DNA from: Trichosphaerium sp. ATCC 40318
Taxonomy: Eukaryota; Protista; Tubulinea
Length of the DNA stretch: 64,000 nt
Direction: 5' to 3'
Assembly (NCBI GenBank): GCA_038496445.1
Contig: JALMLS010000185.1
Span: 1 to 64,000 of the forward strand
The position numbers and the translations under genes are program-made. Each line of letters opens with the position of its first letter. The stretch's first letter is position 1. This document shows positions 22,741-35,448 of this stretch, piece by piece. The notes beneath the pieces are model-generated. The model had not been told where the DNA came from and made no database searches. It worked only from the letters and a program-made list of their open reading frames with translations.

Positions 22741-25003
22741 TCATTTTTCACTGCTTTTCTTTGTATGTTTACTTGTTGATTTCTTCCTTGACTTCTTTTT
22801 CCTACGAGTTGATTCTGGTTCTGATCTTTCATCTTTGTTAATTGTAGTATTCTTTGTGATTGAAGATATCGGGACCCTCTCGGACGTTGTCAAGGAAACT
22901 AGAGGGACAGCGTTTGACTCAGGTTGTATTGGCTTTTCTTCTGATGACCGTTTATCTGTCAAGATTATCGCTCTTGAGGTTGCCAATGTACTTCGATGAG
23001 TACGATTAGCATCAACAACAATAGCCTCTAGGCCTGCGGTCATGTCTGTAGGCATAGATCCATCAGAAGATGCTAATGGACCTGGCGGTATAGGTTTTTT
23101 ATTTTGTCGTCTTCGATATCCTCTTTTCTTCCCAATCGATCTCTCAGAATCGATCTCTTTTTTCTTCCTATGCTTTTTTTTTCTTGTTTTTTTCTTTCTT
23201 CTTTTACTGCCTTCACTTGAACTTTGTCGTTTTATTTTACTATCAGCATGATGTATTGGCTTCTCTTCACTATCTTCAGATCTTGATTTTGTGCTTTCGG
23301 ATTGCTCTGATGATGATATCATTGAATAGTTCTCATACGATGAAAGGATACTTGAGTTTACTGATATGTCTTCAACAGCATTATTGAAGCTTGCATGTCT
23401 TTTCTTTTTTTTAATAAACCTTGCTACATCTTCAACAAGCTTGTTTGCAACTTCTATACCTTGTTCATCTTGTTTATCTCTACGACCAATAACAATACCC
23501 ATTGCACTACCAATAGCAAATATATTAAATAAACCTGCAACAGTAACACTTATTGATGTCACCATCTATAACAAGTATTAGTGGATTGAGCTTCTAGTAT
23601 AAACTATCGCGCTGTTGCTTCACCACAAGGCTTTTAAAAACTTTGAATATGAAGGCCAATCGACAATTCCAAAAAGTAAAAAAAGAAATTAAATGTGGAG
23701 ACTTTGAACAAAAATTGTAAGGATAGTAAACGACTGTAGTGGTAAGCGAAAAGTAAGCTTCTGAAAAATATTTACACACAAGTACCTCACTAATCCAATG
23801 ATCTGGTCCGTATATTCCATATCCAACACCAGCATTCACAAGAACAGTATAGTAGTAAAAAATGACACCTTTAAAAAAAGTAAATGAGTTTGGTTTTTCT
23901 TTGTACAAAAAAGACCTAAACCGTACCTTTCCTCCAGGGTGAGTCAAAAGAACTTACACTTGTAAATTGTGATGGATCAAAAAAATAAAGACCAAGGTAT
24001 AAACTCGAAAAAGCAATATCAATCTCTTTAGATCAGTGTAAGCATAAAAAAACAGTTTTTGATTTTGAATTTTGTTTCGGGTACCCAAGTAAGTATCAAT
24101 GAGTATTACAATATCTAGTTGACCTTGGCGTCTCATCCTGTTTAGGAGTATATCAAGGCATACCTCGTTAAAAGTAGCATAGCGTCTACGACAAACAAAC
24201 TGTCAAAGTGGAATTTACAACAACTGAAAAAACACATCTTGTACTTGATACTCTGAACCCAAGGTGCATCTTAAATATTACTATTCGAATTACGTACCCA
24301 CTTCTGTTATATGCGCTGAGATAAAATACAACAGCAACAAGTTGAAAGAGCCAGTTCAAGATATGTATGACACTTACGATGCCAAGGACCAATGATATAT
24401 ATTTAGCAGCTAAACTGTCTTCCGCATAGAGCAATGCAATCTGTACAAGGTAAACTATCAAAGCACCCACCGTTCCAAGGGGTAAATGAAGCTAACACTG
24501 AGATGAGTTTAACTCGTCAACAGAGCATAGAGAGTTGTATAAACCAAACAGTTTCATTGAAAACCCAGAAGAGTTTTCACGTGCAAAGCCCGAAAAACAA
24601 ACCCGTTTTAGAATTTTTATTGTAAAACATTTGAACGATATGTTCCGTACGTTAATTATCTTCCAATGCCATAGTTTGAATTTACTTCGACACCATGAGA
24701 GAAATCTTGAATGTATTGGCTTTGTGGCTCTTTTAAAATTTGCTGCATTCGCCAGTACGTCGTCATCTGAGATATCTGTTGGAATTGGAGGCTTTCGCCT
24801 TGTCTAATACGTTTAACGTTAATGCAAAATACAAAAAACGCATAATATTAGCGTAGGCACATGTTAGATCAACAAACATATAACTCCTAACAGTAATCAC
24901 GTGGTCTAAGCTTGTTGATGTTTGGAGGGTAATGAAAAATTGCCGTAATGCGTACATTTGTCTTGTTAGGCGTTAGTACTGATTCGAGCTGTATTTTTTC
25001 CAT
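22741..25003 (-). CDS. Potassium-channel-like (Ion_trans_2-type pore) membrane protein with K/S/R-rich C-tail
   Basis: Spliced: two TM helices, then IAFSSLYLGLYFFDPSQF...GVIFYYYTVLVNAGVGYGIYGPDHWISE/MVTSISVTVAGLFNIFAIGSAMGIVIG = TM-pore helix-GYG-TM. Confidence 0.7.
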
Positions 25004-25404
25004 CAAGCACTAACGAAATGAATGCTGTTTTAAGTACTGTTTTCGGGTTAAGTTATCAGTGAATAGTATTGTAGGTCTGGCAGCTGAAGTACAAGGTTGT
25101 CAACGCTGATAAACCACTTGTTATAGCCGTTTACTAAAATAGAAGCAAAAGTTTAAATAATTCTTGTCACGTGCAATTAACCGACACATAAAGAATACAT
25201 AGTTGAAAAAAAGGTGATTATTACACAAGTTGATTAAAGGCTTACAAAAGGGTCCCAAGAGCGCTACTTACTGTACAACAAGCATACATATGAGGGTATT
25301 GGTGGTGGGTATAGTATTGCTTTATAACACTTCAAGTACGAAAGCCAGTCGCTAAAGAAAGAGTTGATCTTCCTTTTTTTTTTTTTTTGAAGTCCGTTAA
25401 CATG

Positions 25405-25786
25405 CTATTCATCGTATTCTGAAGTACTTTCTTTGTCTTGTAGCTTAAGAGCTTCTAACTCGTTGTTTTGCTTCTGTTTTTGTATGTACACGTAGTTTTC
25501 GTATCCTATATACCCTATAACGCCTAAAAACGCTGTTGTACCTGTTTTACGGTTAGTCTCATTTGACATTTTGTAAAAATGTCTTAAAACGTACCTAGAA
25601 TACTCATTACGCGCCAAAATGGCGATTGCCGTATAAAGAGCTCTGGGTTCATTATTCTAAAAATCGGTGAAGACCTCATTTGCCCTGTTTTTGGGTCACT
25701 AGGTCTTTATTTAGCTTGGAAAATAGTAATAGAACGTACTAGAGTGGGTCAACCCAGTTTTTTTCCTTTTTACCTCCCTTGGACAT
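25405..25786 (-). CDS. SMIM8: Small integral membrane protein 8-like (DUF4500)
   Basis: Three exons giving ...MRSSPIFRIMNPELFIRQ...ILGTTAFLGVIGYIGYE; the FRxxNPELF + TM + YIGY pattern is characteristic. Confidence 0.65.
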
Positions 25787-26007
25787 ATTTTATGTGATAT
25801 TACGCCTTAAGCGTATGACACTCGTACGTTACGCCAGTTCTTTGTAGTTTTAGTGACTTTAATACAACCAGCAGTCAACGGCGGTTCACAAAACGTTAAG
25901 TACTTCGTACGACACCTCAACGCTTGACGTAAAGTCGAACATTGATTTGTAGGCCATTAAAGCTCGTTTAGGCTCAAACCACCAAATAGTCAGCTGATTT
26001 ACATCAA

Positions 26008-26979
26008 ATGTCACTTGTGCTACTCCCTCTTGAGCTACAGCTTACCATATGCGAGTTTAGCCCTGATATTTATAAAAATTGGCCACTGCTCTCTCGTGAT
26101 GCTGTTAGGATTAGATTTAATGATTCCTTTCAAAAACACGGTCGCTGGCTAGCTTTCAAAGGTCAAAAATGTTTAAAGAAGCAAGTTTGGGAGAACGGAA
26201 AAAGGCATGGAGAGTTTAAAGAGTGGCATGAAAATGGGCATTTACAAAGGTAAGTAGAATGTCAATAATCACACGTGGTGAAATTAACATAACTTTGGAC
26301 ATCGTCACGTGTTCAACGTATGAAAACAATTTTATCAAAAAATTCTGGCACGTGAAAACGTGTTTCAGACCCTATGCTTCATAAAAACGTCACGACTTTT
26401 TGTGTTGGACACAATGATAATATTCATTTGCAACACGTCAAACTTGCATTTTAAAAAAGTTCGTGGCTAAACACCATGAACTATTGTGTTGAACCAAAGT
26501 AGCCTTCTTAACTTTGATAACATGATAAGTTTCCTTTTGCTACAGCGCTCTCAAGAGTTTTGAATAATGAAAAGCCCCTGACGGTTGTTGTAGAAAGTAT
26601 TGAAAGTAGTGGAAACTATCATGTTATCAAAGTTATTTGTGTACTTTGTTGTAACACACAATAATCTCCTTGTGAAACTTGTTTTTTTGGAAAAACAGGT
26701 TTTTTTTTTGATTGTTTTTTTTGCAGGTGTGATCATTATGAGAATGATTGTAAACATGGAGAAAGTACTACATGGTTCAGTGGAGGTCAAATAAAATATC
26801 TTTGTTTTTTCAAAGAAGGTTCACTTGAAGGAGAGTATACTTGTTATTACGGTACAGGGCAACCCAAATATAAGTGTTTTTACAAAGATGGTAAAAGACA
26901 TGGTGATTACATTTGTTGGTTTGCTGATGGTAAGATATGTGTCAGTCATAAATACAACCAAGGAACTATTGTAGAGTAA
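26008..26979 (+). CDS. F-box-like + MORN-variant repeat protein (2 exons, 477-nt intron 26250-26726)
   Basis: LLPLELQLTICEF N-terminus; repeats ENGKRHGEFKEWHENG, KEGSLEGEYTCYYGTG, KDGKRHGDYICWFADG. Confidence 0.8.
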
Positions 26980-27432
26980 CTGCAGCATGAAAAATGCAAA
27001 AAATGAAAAACTGTAAAATAAATAGAAGGACCCTAGGCCACACGATCATAATTCTAACTTACAGGATTTTCCACTTATCTTAATCTAAAATGTCAGCAAA
27101 GCTAACTTGTACAATAACAACAAAACACCTCTTTAATCCACAACAATTAATATCATCAAAACTTTGTTTACTATAAACTACCACATTTTTAGTTGTCAAG
27201 GTGCAGTTAAGCCTGTATTTTGGGCTTACTTCGATTGAGGAGCCGTTTAACAGGCCGTTTAAGTACATGCTACAATTAATGTACAATGCTGTATAACTGT
27301 GTGATATACCTGTATTTTCTAGAGTTCATGTTATCGGATCTAGATAATCCTACGGATTTGACACTTTTTACAAACTAGCAATGCAACTCAACAACAATGT
27401 AAAACAAAATGGTACGTTTTTATCAATACAAA

Positions 27433-28648
27433 TCAGGCTGGCGTAAAACAACTTTGGCCACCACATAGCCTAGATAAAGTGGTCGTTAGAAAAGGGATCA
27501 ATTGTAACCAATTAGGTTGTGTCTTTGTCCGTTGACCACCTAACTCCTTTGTAAGAAGAAAAAAAACTAACAAAATGCCACTTACTTTGTAATGTTCCAA
27601 AATTTCCCCGTTTCTCTCGCGCACGACTTCTTCGGTTTTGACGCCATTTTTTGTTTCGACTGTTGTTGTTATTTTCTCCCCTAAAACAAAAAAAGTCAAC
27701 AAAGGCAAACATAGCACGCTGAGGTAAACTAAAAACCAAAGATCAAAAGTATTTTTCATCGAAAAAAAAGAACCAATAAAATCGCACTCTATGAACTCGA
27801 AACGGAGGAGAATCAGAGTTGGCTTACCATTCATAAAGCGTGTTGATTTAGATTTGAAACTACTACCAACACCTCCACCGTCTCCAAAACCAGGAAAGCC
27901 TCCACCACCGAAAAAGTCGCTTCTTCCAGAAAAACCAAAACCAGGACTATCATCAAAAAATCCACCACCGAAACCAAACCCTCCACGTGCACCACCATTT
28001 CTAGTCCTAGCACATTATAAAAATCAGGTGATTGAATGTCCACAATAAACGTAATAGTATCGTAAAGTGAAAAACCTTCAAAAAAACTTACTGTTGTCTA
28101 GTTCCTCTGCTTTGAGAGCGAGGTGAATGTCCATCAAAGAATGACTCAAAAGGATCAAATCCATCTCCAAAGAACGATTTGAAAATATCACGTGGATCGT
28201 GAAACTCAAAGTCTAAAAAAGCAACAGTTTTTCAGTTTTTTGAGTTCCCACAGTAACGGGTTTTTTTTTGAATGTTTGATTGATTCTTATCACTTGTTAT
28301 GGCAACGTACGTGATGTAAAGTGACTACCCTGGGAGTCGTAATTGCGTCGTTTGGTTTTATCGCCTAGAATTTCGTATGCGGCTGCTACTTCTTTAAACT
28401 TCTTTTGGTGCGTTAGTAAACCGTTTAAGGGTACTATTCGGTTATTTATTGAATTCATCACTTACTTCTTCAGCTCCTGGTTCTTTATTTCTATCAGGGT
28501 GATACCTAACCTCATGGGTTTAGTTCAAGCATAATAAAAAGCTATTGTACTTCATAGCAAGTTTCTTGTAAGCTTTTTTTATTTCCGCTTCCGTTGCTTT
28601 ACGATCTACGCCCAAGACTTTGTAATAGTCCTTTGACGGCTCCATCAT
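27433..28648 (-). CDS. DnaJ/Hsp40 class B (DNAJB6-like)
   Basis: DYYKVLGVDRKATEAEIKKAYKKLAMK/YHPDRN, KFKEVAAAYEILGD, DIF motif, G/F-rich region, STRFMNG/EKITTT C-domain. Confidence 0.9.
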
Positions 28649-28758
28649 GTAACGTTGTATAGTTCTATGGCGTTTTATTCGAATTGGTACGGTTGGATGG
28701 TCGTACAAGTTCTTTTCTTGCTCAGAATCGCCCAAAACTTTTCGTTGCAACCACCAAT

Positions 28759-29481
28759 ATGTCTTCTTTTTCTCCTGTTGTGTTTGAGGATATATTTGAA
28801 GTAAAACAGGTAAATAAAGATGGAAAATACTTTGATAAAGGTACGTAACTGTAGTAATACGCTATGGGAATTATCTACGCACGTAAATTAAAATTAACAG
28901 AACAAACAGCCGCTTTAAAGCTTTTTTATTCGTTTTATGCTCTAAATACCTCTATAGTATCACGGGTTGATTGTCAATCTGAATCTTATGGCATGGACCT
29001 CGTTCTCGACATTAACTCAGACATTTTTGAATTAGACGCTGGAGTAAAGTTTACACTACTCCTAGCAAGCCAATTATCAATGCACGAAACCTCTAAGGTA
29101 AGAAAAACCTCAAATTAAATGTCATGTATTGAAAACCCTATCAACAGGACGATAGTGACAGTAAGAGCTATGTAACACCACCAAAAGGAAAAACACTCAT
29201 TGACCAATACGAGTATGTCATGTACGGCAAAGTTTTTAAATTACAAGACGAAGGGGACAATAGTTCTAGAATGTACGTGTTTTTGACAACAGGATGTCAA
29301 ACAACAACATTTTTTTTTGCTTTCTTATTGTGGTATCACTAATGAGTTTGTATACAGTGCAATCTACATTTCTTTTGGTGGACTGTTGATGCTTTTAAAA
29401 GGAGAACAACGACACTTGTCTTCAATTCATCAAAATGATAGACTCTATTTATTACTACGTGCGTATTGCGTAGCCACGTAA
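28759..29481 (+). CDS. RPB8: RNA polymerase I/II/III common subunit RPABC3
   Basis: FEDIFEV..DGKYFDK/VSR...LDIN...YEYVMYGKVF...YISFGGLLMLLKG. Confidence 0.95.
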
Positions 29482-29760
29482 TTGTCTTTAAAATTAATCT
29501 ATGTTCCTCTAGGATACAGTACAAAACCCGAAGATGCTTAAAGCGCACCACCGTACATCTCATGTGTTGCACGCTTACCATGCTATGCCACATTGTAAAA
29601 ATAAAAAAAAAATAAAATCTCATTTGGGTGGATGTTTATTTGAAGACTTTGACTGTGAAAAACCAGACATCTCTTTTTTCAAATCATACGACATAAACGA
29701 CAAGCGCTGTCACCGCCTTATTCGCTCTTCTACGCTTGAAACCACTTATCAATACCTCTG

Positions 29761-30411
29761 ATGGGTCGCTTGTTTATTCATTATTTAACCGGCCCACGCG
29801 TTTACGTCTGTACTTGTTGTAGTTCTCACCTAGCAAATCACAGCGATATTGTATCCAAGGTACATCCTTTGTGTAATTTGTACAAGCAGTTTAAACTCAC
29901 TATAAATAAAAAGGAGTTTCAAGGTCGCCATGGCAAAGCATATCTATTCCAGAGCGCGTACGCATGATTTTTAGTAACTTGACAAATCTTCGTTAACAAA
30001 TGTAACTTGTACTTTCGTTCTGTTATGCTCAAATAACTCGTAGAATAAACGTAACTGCAGGGACAGTAGAAACACGTATGCTCCGTACCGGTAGACACCA
30101 AGTAGCTGATATCTTTTGTAACAATTGTCAAGAGATTCTAGGCTGGAAATATGTACGCCCTACGCTACGTTTACATCATACGGTTTCTCCGTGGTAGTTT
30201 CAGACTATCTTTAACTAGAATTCAACCAACCGCAAAAAGTTCGCTTTACTGTCTTATTTTCCCACCAAACAGGCTTTTTTTAGGGTAAATGTTAAAAAAA
30301 CTAACTTGTAGACAGGAGTTCGCTTGGGAAGAGGACCAAAAGTACAAAGAAGGGAAATACATCATAGAGAAGGCTAAAATGAAGCGTTGTGCTACCTGGC
30401 AAATAGCTTAA
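29761..30411 (+). CDS. YPEL: Yippee-like zinc-binding protein
   Basis: MGRLFIHYL..VYVCTCC..HL..SK/EFQGRHGKAYLF...TGRHQVADIFCNNC..LGWKY/E.A.E..QKYKEGKYIIE. Confidence 0.95.
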
Positions 30412-30595
30412 AGGCCGTTACAAAAAACCACAACTCTCGGTGCACTTCAACAAAAACTGCTCTACAAAAAACTTTGTTTGAAAAAATACTTGTATTATAG
30501 CTCTCTGTACATAAAATCGCATTACAATAACAGTGTCTTCTTTTGATACTGCTATTACTTCTTTGTGAACTAAAAGACAAGCGTAACGTGGTATT

Positions 30596-32166
30596 TTAAG
30601 CGAACAAGGCAAGCAATAGAGCCAGTAGAAGTGCTTAAAAAAAATAAAGTCAGATAAGGCATTAAAACTGGTACAAAACGGTGTTACCTGATACACACAA
30701 GTTTGTTGTGGCAGAAGAAGCAGTTGGTGATCCAGTTGGGTCTTGTACGGTAAGCGAGTAAACCTAAAGTTCGTTAAGAGATTATTCTTTTTCGATAAAA
30801 CTGGTACCTCTGAGGTGATAGGATGAGCGTATTTGGAGCTGTCCATCGTTAAGTTGTGTTGTCCACCGAACATGTAGATGGTGTTTTGACCATCACTGGC
30901 AGCAGGGAATCTGAAGGTAGGCTTCACGAGAGGAGTACTAGCTGACCATTGATTCTTAAGATCAAAAAATTAGTTGATTCTCTACAAAAGCGTAGAGGAG
31001 TCGTACAGTTGCTGGATCATAAACCTCAACATCATCGACAGCGTATGAGAAAGAATTACAGTTTGTAGCATCGTTTTTCTGTTCACCACCAATCACGTAA
31101 AGTTTGCTGTTTAGCACAACACATGCTTTATCACCACGGTTATTTGATAGGTTATCTGGTGACTAAAGAAGAAAAGAATCATTAGACAAAGAGTTGAGAG
31201 GATAATTTGCCAGTACCTCTTTAACCCATTCGTTTGTTGTTGGGTTGTACTTCTCAAGCGATGTTAGTGGTTCACACCAGTTACGCTCTGAGAAACCACC
31301 AAAAACGTATCCCTCACCGTCAATCTCAACAGAACAAGCATCCCCTCTATGAGCGATAAGTGGAGCAGCTGCGCTATCGTTCCAGGCTGGACTAGCCTCG
31401 CTAGTGTCAAGTCTAAGGAGGATATTTAGTTAATTAAGACAATACCTCTAGTTTGGCTTGTTTCTATTTTTCGTACGTAAGAACTGTATCAAGAGTATTG
31501 TATACAGCGCTGTAGCCTCCAGCAACGTAGATTGTGCTTCCAATAACAAAGGCAGTCATGTCACTTCTAAAATTTCGCGTTGTGAGAATTTTCTCATGAA
31601 AATAGATGTGAACGTGTCGTACCTTTGAAATTCTGTTGATAACGGAGTTGATTGGCTCCAAGTCTTTAATTCTAAACTTTTTGTAAGTTTCCTATCGGGT
31701 AGATGGCGTAATTGAAGATAAATACGCTTGAAAATAGTTAAACGCGGTACCAGTATCAAATCTATCAACTTGAGAAATCAAAGTTTCTGTTTTGTCGTAA
31801 CCTCCAATCAAGTAAAGGTATTTGCCAACGCTTGCGGCAGCATGACGGTATCTGGCGATTGGCAATGCAGTCAAGTCTGTTTTTCTACTCTTTTGGTTAA
31901 AATACGAAAATACGCGCTGCTTACGCTGAGGTGTCGGTATTCCATTGTGTGAAGCGATCTGTGACATTTGTACATCCAGTTGGTTGATTTGTAGAGTCGT
32001 AGTATTGAAATAGCGCAGAACATCCACCAGATAGGTAAATATTGCCATTTACAAGCGTAGCGGTAAAGTCTGAACGTTGTTCCGTAAGTGTCGTTTGTAC
32101 GCTTTCCCAAGCCACAACAATAGCTAAACAGGCCAATAGAGCAATAGTAAAACGCATTACCATCAT
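30596..32166 (-). CDS. Secreted Kelch beta-propeller with GPI-signal-like C-terminus
   Basis: Signal peptide MRFTIALLACLAIVVA; about 6 Kelch blades (IYLSGG, LYLIGG, IYVAGG, GYVFGG, LYVIGG, IYMFGG); spliced end SPTASSATTNLCVS/ALLLALLLALFA*. Confidence 0.8.
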
Positions 32167-32385
32167 ATGGGAACTGGTATTACAAAATGTTATTTGAGTA
32201 AACAAAAAAACAGAATTTTTGAGGAACCTACTTGACTGTGTTCAACTTTATTGTTCTTTTACCTTGTGATAGTTGTTGGACGTTGTTCAAGAGGTTGCTG
32301 TTTTACAAACTGTTTCTTGACGTTTGACACTTTGTTCTTTTTTACCGTTAAGTCTAAGTTATTCATTACGCAATTGTAACGGCCT

Positions 32386-35082
32386 ATGGCAGTACCGCCT
32401 CAGCGTACTGGTAGTACACAATTTATAGGTATGCTGTTGTAAATGCTGTTTTGTTGAAGTTTTTGAATTTGTAGATTTAACTGCCGATGATCCACCAGTA
32501 AGCTTTACCGACGCTGTAAGAGCACCTGGTACGTTTTTCAACCAAGTAGTTGATCGTAACAGGTAGATAGGTAGAAAACGACGTCATCCGCAAGGAAACG
32601 GATCTAGACCGCCTAAGAAACGTAAATTAAAAAGGCGCCATCAAAATGACATTAGATTTCAATTCAATACTCAGAATCATCAACAAAGCAGCTCAAGCGT
32701 TGTGAATAAGCCAAAGAAGCAAGGAACGCTTGATTTTTTTCTAAGTGGACAAACACCTCCACCAAAACAAAACAGGTGCGTGCGTCACATACTACAGTAC
32801 ATAATAACGCGTTTTGCAAGTGCACCACTTCGTGGTAGAAGTGCATTTCACCATATTAAGTATCAACTAAATGGGCGGATCAAACCATCTTTAACAAAGG
32901 TTTGGACGCATAAGTTTTACGAGAGATACACTTTGGTGCGTTTATTGGTGATGTAAATAAGGAGAATTCACAGTTTCGTCGAAAACTCACTTCTACTTTT
33001 ACCTTATTCAATATCTCTTTAGGTGGCGCATACTCTAGCTCCAAAGAGATATGCTGATCACCCAATTTCACAAGTGTAAGTTGTATGAACCCAATCATCG
33101 TTTTTTTCTTTTTTGACTTGATTTCTTCTGATTTTTTTTGTTTTGCAAGGCCGTCTATCAGTTCGATTGCATTCGATTTCTCTCCTTCACAAGACTATGT
33201 TGCTACAGCATCAAGAGATGGATTTATAGAATTTCATTCATGGACAGGTAATGCCATAGCCTCATAAAAAGTTGAACAAGAACTTGCATAATTTTTTTTT
33301 GTTTTTGATCTTAGATGACATGCTTCAAGGTTTCAGAGAAAAAACGCGATTGAACCAGTTGGCATCATCTATTGAGCGTCTTTCAGTTGATGAAATTAGT
33401 AACCCTGATGATTTATATACAAGTGTTCAAAACAACATGGCTGTAAGTTTGTTTTGCAACCAGAAGACTTTACTGTTGAAAGTTTGTTTGGAATTCGGAT
33501 TTTTTTTCTGACTTTTATGCTTATAGTATCGTCCAGTGCGTTGTTTATCGCGGTATGAAAGAGATATACCAACTTCTGTCCGTGTGGAACCAGATTTTGG
33601 CATTTTTTCCGGGTAGACATTTTGACACTGTTTCATTTTCAATGAAGGCCAAAAAACACTAATTCACTCCTTTAGTTATGCTGTATCTGGTCTTACATTT
33701 TGGGAAAGTAATATGAATTATATTGTTGCATGTTCTGATTGTGATAGAAGGATCAAGATATTTGACTTTGAGGTACACCACAAACAACAAAAAATCAAAC
33801 AAATGAAAAAAAAACCCAACAAAAAGCGGCATTGTTTAACCCTTCCTCAGCGTGAAAGCGATGATCCAATATCTGTTCGGGCAGCTGATATTCATGGCCA
33901 TCGGTATTTATCAACATTTAAAGGTAAGGATAAAAATCACGTGAGATTTTTCACTTTTTTTTGGTTCCACGTGGACATTAACGGATTTTTTTCAGGTACA
34001 AAAGAAGCCTGTGTTACTATTGGAAAGGATCAAGCAATGTACATATGGGATATGAGGCAACACAAGCCGACACCAGTCCTTCAAACGAGACCAACGTTTG
34101 AAAAACAGTTCAGTGAAGTTTCCGCTCTTCAGGTTCGTTTTTACTCTTTGCTTTTTACGTTTTCAGGGTTATGAGAGTTTTGTTGTTAATGTGTAATGTA
34201 TTAGGTATCTGCTGATGGTCATAGCATATTCATGGGTACGACACATGGGCACTTTGGTTGGCTTGATATTAGAAAACTAATAGACAATAACCTTCGGCGT
34301 ATCAAAGGCCCAAAGACCGTTCAAGTTGAAGCTACACTTCCTGGTACGTTAGTACAACATCAAACCTAAAAAATACCAGCCAACAGCTGGCATGGCTTGC
34401 ATACTTTTTCTTCACCGGTTCGGCTAAACGAAGGGTTCACACTTTGTTGTTTAGGATCTGTTGAAGCTATTTGCGAAAGTATATCACTTCCTAGTCGTCG
34501 TTTCCATGTTGTTCACAGCATATATAACCAGTCAACACGCCAGCGTTGTGGATCAAGCTGTATGTTGTTTGATATACATGCAAAGAATGATAGAATTGTA
34601 AAGAGTATGCAATTTGATGATAGCAGCTCACTTACACCTTCATCTGCTACTGTTACAAGGTGACTTACTTTTTGGGTTTTTATAAGAAATCAAATCGGAT
34701 CTCGAGATTTTTAGTGTTTTGGTTTTTGCGCACTTTTTTGTGATTCTCTACGTAGAGTTGTCACATGAACTTTTTAGCCGAATATTCCACTCCTAATTTG
34801 TGCATTTAGACACGATGTGTTATGTGTAGGCAGAGCTTCAAGGATGTATTTATTCGGTACGACTTTTGCATTACGTGAAAAGTTTTTTTATTGTTGACTT
34901 TCAAATAATCTTTCTAATCTTCGTCTTTAGACTGGAGCGTAAAGAATCCTTGTGCAGCTGTTATTGAGACTAGTAAGTCCACAGATATAACTGCTATTAC
35001 TGCATCACCTAAACATGACTTTATCTTGACTGGGTTAAGAGACAACACAATGATTGCTTACGGTGAAGGAAGAGAATCGTAA
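32386..35082 (+). CDS. WD40-repeat protein with basic N-terminus (DCAF-like)
   Basis: ISSIAFDFSPSQDYVATASRDGFI, DRRIKIFD, DQAMYIWDMRQ, ITAITASPKHDFILTG; multi-intron; start inferred. Confidence 0.75.
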
Positions 35083-35448
35083 GATGTTCCATCCGAAAAA
35101 ACCCAAAAACAACAAACCAAAACGCGCTGTAAATAAAAGAAACGTTGTATCCTACCCACATTGTCTATTTTATTCGTGTTTTTGCGTGAAAGAGCTTCCA
35201 AGTATTTGACGTGCTGTGGCGTTCACAAAGACCGACATTCGTTGAATTCATGAGCTTTTTTTTTTTGTAGTTTTTTGGCGGGTATTCCGGACGCTCGGAT
35301 ACTGTTGTAATAAATTCTGTGGTGCTTTGTAGTATCAGAAAACAATATTTTCTGACTTCGGGTATTGTGGTCAACTTTTTGTTCACGTGGTTTCTTAACT
35401 GGCCTTATTTAAGCAAAGGATCTTTAATTAACGCAACAATTGCTTCTA

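Noticed and set aside
30411-30420. Apparent 6-nt gap between convergent stops of Yippee and ORF 30418-30927
   Set aside because: The ORF reads through introns; the spliced Kelch gene stops at 30596
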